From a virus (Duplodnaviria; Caudoviricetes): a stretch of DNA of 60,541 bases. The notes beneath the pieces are model-generated. The model was given only the letters and a program-made list of their open reading frames with translations, was not told the origin of the DNA and did not search any database. Shown here one piece after another: positions 57,151 to 60,541 of the stretch. Numbering within the stretch: the first letter of the stretch is position 1; each line of letters begins with the position of its first letter. The translations under genes and the position numbers were made by a program. The stretch spans positions 1-60,541 of IMG/VR virus record IMGVR_UViG_3300042922_000817, one strand, 5' to 3'.

Positions 57151-57164
57151 CGAACATATGTACT
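57151..57164. promoter_or_regulatory. LexA-like box CGAACATATGTACT upstream of the integrase
   Basis: Near-consensus Cheo box 25 nt before the integrase ATG. Confidence 0.55.
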
Positions 57165-57189
57165 AAATACTATTCAAGGAGTTGTTAAA

Positions 57190-58779
57190 ATGCAAAAACT
57201 CGCGGCATACTGCAGGGTTTCAACAGACGATCAAATGGAAAAAGGGACTATTGAAGCCCAGGTTACATTCGCAGAAAAATATTGTGATCTTCATCAACTG
57301 CCACTTTTAAAAATATATAAAGACGATGGAATAACCGGTACTCTCCCACTTCAAGATCGTTCTGCTGGCTCAGAGCTTCTACAAGATGCTAAAAATGGCT
57401 TGTTCGATACTTTGCTTGTATATAAGCTTGATCGACTCGGACGGGCTACACGAGTAATTTTGAACGCTATCTACGATCTCGAAGGATTAGGTGTTAAATT
57501 AAAATCTATGACAGAACCATTTGATACCGGCGATGCTTCCGGTCGCTTCCTTCTCACTATATTGGCCGGTGTTGCAGATCTAGAGAGAAGTAATATACTC
57601 GACCGTATGTGGCATGGTGCTAATCGTGCTGCTAGAGAAGGGAATTGGCTCGGTGGTATTGTTCCCTATGGTTATGAACTAGTTGATAAAAAACTCTCTA
57701 TAAACGAAGTTCCAATCGAAGGAGCCAATATTTCGGAAGCAAGTGTTATTCGTTTAATTTATAAATTAACTACAGAGCAACATATGTCAACAATTCGAAT
57801 AGCTGAATATCTCAATGCTTTATGTATCCCCCCTTCTTATGTTGCACGTAAAAATACACAAGGTGGAAAAAGAAAAACTAATACAGCTGGAATATGGCGA
57901 CCAGGCAGGATTCTAAATATACTAAGAAGCGAAACTTATAAAGGTATTCATGTATATGGTAAGCGTAGTCAAAAAGAACGTGAATTAATAGTACGTGAGG
58001 TTCCTGCTATTATCGATACAGATGTTTGGGACCGTGCTCAAGAAGTTATTCAAGAAAATTATATCGATGCGTTTAGAAATAAAAAATATAATTACCTACT
58101 CCGCAGTCTAATCAAGTGTGGCGTTTGTGGTCTTCATTTTCATGGAACAACTTCGAGCGAAAAGGGTTCATACTACAGGTGTAATGGAATCAGAACATGG
58201 GTCGGATCATTAGACGGACGTTGTCCAAATAAAAGCGTACCTAAGCAATGGCTAGAGGATTATGTATGGAATGATTGTTTAGCTTTTATCCAAAGCCCTG
58301 AGTTGATTATAAATAAAATTGAAAATAATGATGCTAAAATTAAAGAAATTAAAAACTCTATTGAAGTAGAAAAAACTATTATTAATAAATGTATTGAAGA
58401 AAAAGAATTTGAAAAACAAAGCATTTTAGATTTGTTCAGAAAACGTCTTATCTCTTCGGCTGACATCGAAAAACAATTGACTAAAATTGCATTAGAAAAA
58501 AACACGTTAGAAAAACGTGCTTCAGAGCTCGAATATAATTTAATTAAAGTAAACATATCCTCTGCTCAAAGAGAAAATGCCGTAGACATGCTTAATAATC
58601 TTAAAGAAAAGATTATTAATAGTAGTGCTATTACATTTGAATTAAAACGTGAGATAATTAGAATTCTAATAGATAATATAGTTATCAACACAACACTAAC
58701 CGATAATGGAAAGCAAAAAACCGTAGCCACTATCAACTACAAATTTGGAGTTGATGACTGCACGGACATGGATTCATAG
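57190..58779 (+). CDS. Large serine integrase
   Basis: YCRVST catalytic Ser, DRLGR, recombinase domain, CGVCG...YYRC...C zinc ribbon and coiled coil. Confidence 0.95.
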   Translation: MQKLAAYCRVSTDDQMEKGTIEAQVTFAEKYCDLHQLPLLKIYKDDGITGTLPLQDRSAGSELLQDAKNGLFDTLLVYKLDRLGRATRVILNAIYDLEGLGVKLKSMTEPFDTGDASGRFLLTILAGVADLERSNILDRMWHGANRAAREGNWLGGIVPYGYELVDKKLSINEVPIEGANISEASVIRLIYKLTTEQHMSTIRIAEYLNALCIPPSYVARKNTQGGKRKTNTAGIWRPGRILNILRSETYKGIHVYGKRSQKERELIVREVPAIIDTDVWDRAQEVIQENYIDAFRNKKYNYLLRSLIKCGVCGLHFHGTTSSEKGSYYRCNGIRTWVGSLDGRCPNKSVPKQWLEDYVWNDCLAFIQSPELIINKIENNDAKIKEIKNSIEVEKTIINKCIEEKEFEKQSILDLFRKRLISSADIEKQLTKIALEKNTLEKRASELEYNLIKVNISSAQRENAVDMLNNLKEKIINSSAITFELKREIIRILIDNIVINTTLTDNGKQKTVATINYKFGVDDCTDMDS

Positions 58780-59815
58780 AGGATATTAACATAAATTTAG
58801 AGGGGTAAGAAATTGATGCATTTACACGAGAGATTGTAACAGCACCATCTTCTAAAGGTTGTCTTAAAACTTCTAACGCTGATTTACTAAACTCAGGTAA
58901 TTCATCTAAAAACAGTACCCCATTATGACTTAATGTTACTTCTCCAGGTTTTGGTATTCCCCCTCCACCAATCATTCCTGCAACCGAAATGGTGTGATGT
59001 GGGCTACGGAATTGCCGCCTTGTAATCAGCCCTATATTTTGCTTTAATATCCCTGCAATACTATAAATTTTAGTAACTTCCAAAGCCTCTTGTGTTGACA
59101 TTGTAGGTAAAATAGAACTCACCCGTTTGGCTAACATCGTTTTGCCTGAGCCTGGCGGACCGGTCATAATAACATTATGCCCTCCAGCAGCAGCGATTTC
59201 TAATGCACGCTTTGCAATAAACTGACCTTGCACTTCAGAAAAATCCTCTTCAAATTTCGGTTCTTCTAAAATAATATCATCGTTTTGGGCAGCTATTAAT
59301 TCGTTATCACCCTTTAAAAAAGCAATAAGCTCCTCAAGCGTGTTAGGAGCATAAACTGTGAGCCCATCAACAAGCAAAGCTTCGCTTGCATTTTCAGGCG
59401 CTACAAAAATATTTGTTATTCCTTTTTCTAAGCAATGAATGGCCATTGGCAATATTCCATGAATTCCTCTTAGTTTTCCTTCTAAAGATAACTCGCCTAC
59501 AAACATACTTTTTTCGGATAATTCTTGTGGAATAATTCCATTTGCTAATAGAATACCTATTGCTATTGGCAAATCCAAACCTGAACCATCTTTTTTCATA
59601 TCAGCAGGCGCAAGGTTAATTGTTGTTTTACGAGCAGGGAACTTAAATCCAGAATTTTTAATTGCAGCTCTTACCCGGTCTCTAGATTCTCGAACTGCCG
59701 TATCTGGAAGTCCAACAATCTCAAAACCAGGTAATCCATTTGTAATATCTACTTCAACATGAATCAAAAAACCATTAACTCCAATTGTAGTTGAACCAAA
59801 TGTTTGTGCAAACAT
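58733..59815 (-). pseudogene. comM: 5' part of comM/yifB Mg-chelatase-like ATPase, interrupted by the prophage
   Basis: [39 protein letters not shown] and LRQPLE motifs; ends after NPCPC, lacking the C-terminal part. Confidence 0.92.
58735..58785. other. Right attachment junction inside comM (approximate)
   Basis: comM-like sequence ends at MNPCPC (58760-58777), where G would normally follow. The integrase stop codon lies on the host side. Confidence 0.8.
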
Positions 59816-59832
59816 AATCTAGCTACCTCCAA

Positions 59833-60396
59833 TTATATGTTTCCCTGCCATCGTTCAAATAAAGTATGCTCCACATGAATACTATCACAAATTTTTCCCA
59901 CAAGCATATCTACAATATCTTGTATATTCTGAGGGTTATGATAAAAGCCCGGACAAGCTGGTATGATTTTCACCCCTAGCCTTGCTAGTTTTAACATATT
60001 TTCTAAGTGAATTGCATTTAAAGGAGTTTCTCTCGGTACAATAACTAACGGTCGACCTTCCTTCAATGTAACATCGGCTGCACGACTTAATAAATTATCC
60101 GATATTCCATGCGCGATACTCGCAAGAGTTTTCATCGAACAAGGTACGATAATCATTGCATCGTTTTTAAAAGACCCACTGGCAATGGATGCTCCTATAT
60201 TATCTACATCATGCAATAAATCTACTTTTTCTTTTAAAAGTTCTCTTGTAATTCCACATTCATATTGAAGTACTTGCCAACCACTTTTAGTAACGACGGC
60301 ATGCACTTCACATTGATTTTGTTTTTTTAAAACTTCTATTAATCTAATCCCGTAAATAGAGCCGCTCGCCCCTGTAATTCCTATAATAATGCGCAT
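59833..60396 (-). CDS. ubiX: Flavin prenyltransferase UbiX
   Basis: GITGASG, IASGS, PCSMKTLA, RAADVTLKE, PRETPL and PGFY motifs. Confidence 0.95.
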   Translation of the reverse strand: MRIIIGITGASGSIYGIRLIEVLKKQNQCEVHAVVTKSGWQVLQYECGITRELLKEKVDLLHDVDNIGASIASGSFKNDAMIIVPCSMKTLASIAHGISDNLLSRAADVTLKEGRPLVIVPRETPLNAIHLENMLKLARLGVKIIPACPGFYHNPQNIQDIVDMLVGKICDSIHVEHTLFERWQGNI

Positions 60397-60541
60397 TACT
60401 AGCTCCTTTTAATACTGCTAAAATTCGAAAGCATTTTTTATATGATTAATATTATAATTAGTTTCGCTATTATAATATATTTCTATCACATCAAATCGAC
60501 AAATTTTATCATATTGATTTGTTTGAGTTAAGTAACACTGT

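Larger units (their letters stand above)
101..58760. mobile_element. Temperate prophage (podovirus-like morphogenesis genes) integrated in comM; left boundary outside the window
   Basis: Ordered integrase, immunity, replication, packaging, head, tail/ejection and lysis modules. comM is truncated at 58760 and its 3' half is not visible. No tape-measure or sheath gene is seen. Confidence 0.93.

Noticed and set aside
1-60541. CRISPR array, tRNA or rRNA genes
   Set aside because: No regularly spaced repeat-spacer series or cloverleaf/rRNA-like sequence was seen by eye; the repeats found occur only 2-3 times.

Overview
Nearly the whole window (about 101-58760) is one temperate prophage with a podovirus-like gene set, in a low-GC Firmicutes host (probably Negativicutes; inference). 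A large serine integrase has inserted it into comM/yifB at the NPCPC motif. Only the 5' half of comM and a ubiX gene (58760-60541) are host DNA, and the other attachment site lies beyond the left edge. From right to left it carries: the integrase; a cargo/defence block (IetA/IetS-type AAA ATPase plus S8 protease, a HEPN-like protein, paralogous single-TM proteins); an ImmR/ImmA/Cro switch; SMC-like ATPase/RecT/MBL recombination, replication, RusA and late activator genes; terminase, a phage-encoded Prp protease, small putative anti-defence genes, portal, scaffold and capsid; tail and ejection genes including a 3501-aa polyvalent protein; lysis genes; morons; an HpaII-like restriction-modification pair; and the left end of an IS3-family element. 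The most unusual signals are: (1) three dispersed cassettes sharing one non-sigma70 promoter-like motif and a structured 5' leader, all encoding fibre- or lectin-like proteins; (2) a phage Prp protease with two in-genome substrate motifs, one on an ejection protein that also ends in an atypical Hint domain; (3) a C-type-lectin receptor-binding protein with a DGR-like variable tail but no RT or template repeat in view; (4) several single-gene cassettes bounded by short duplicated terminator or RBS sequences. All family assignments come from motif recognition by eye, not database searches.
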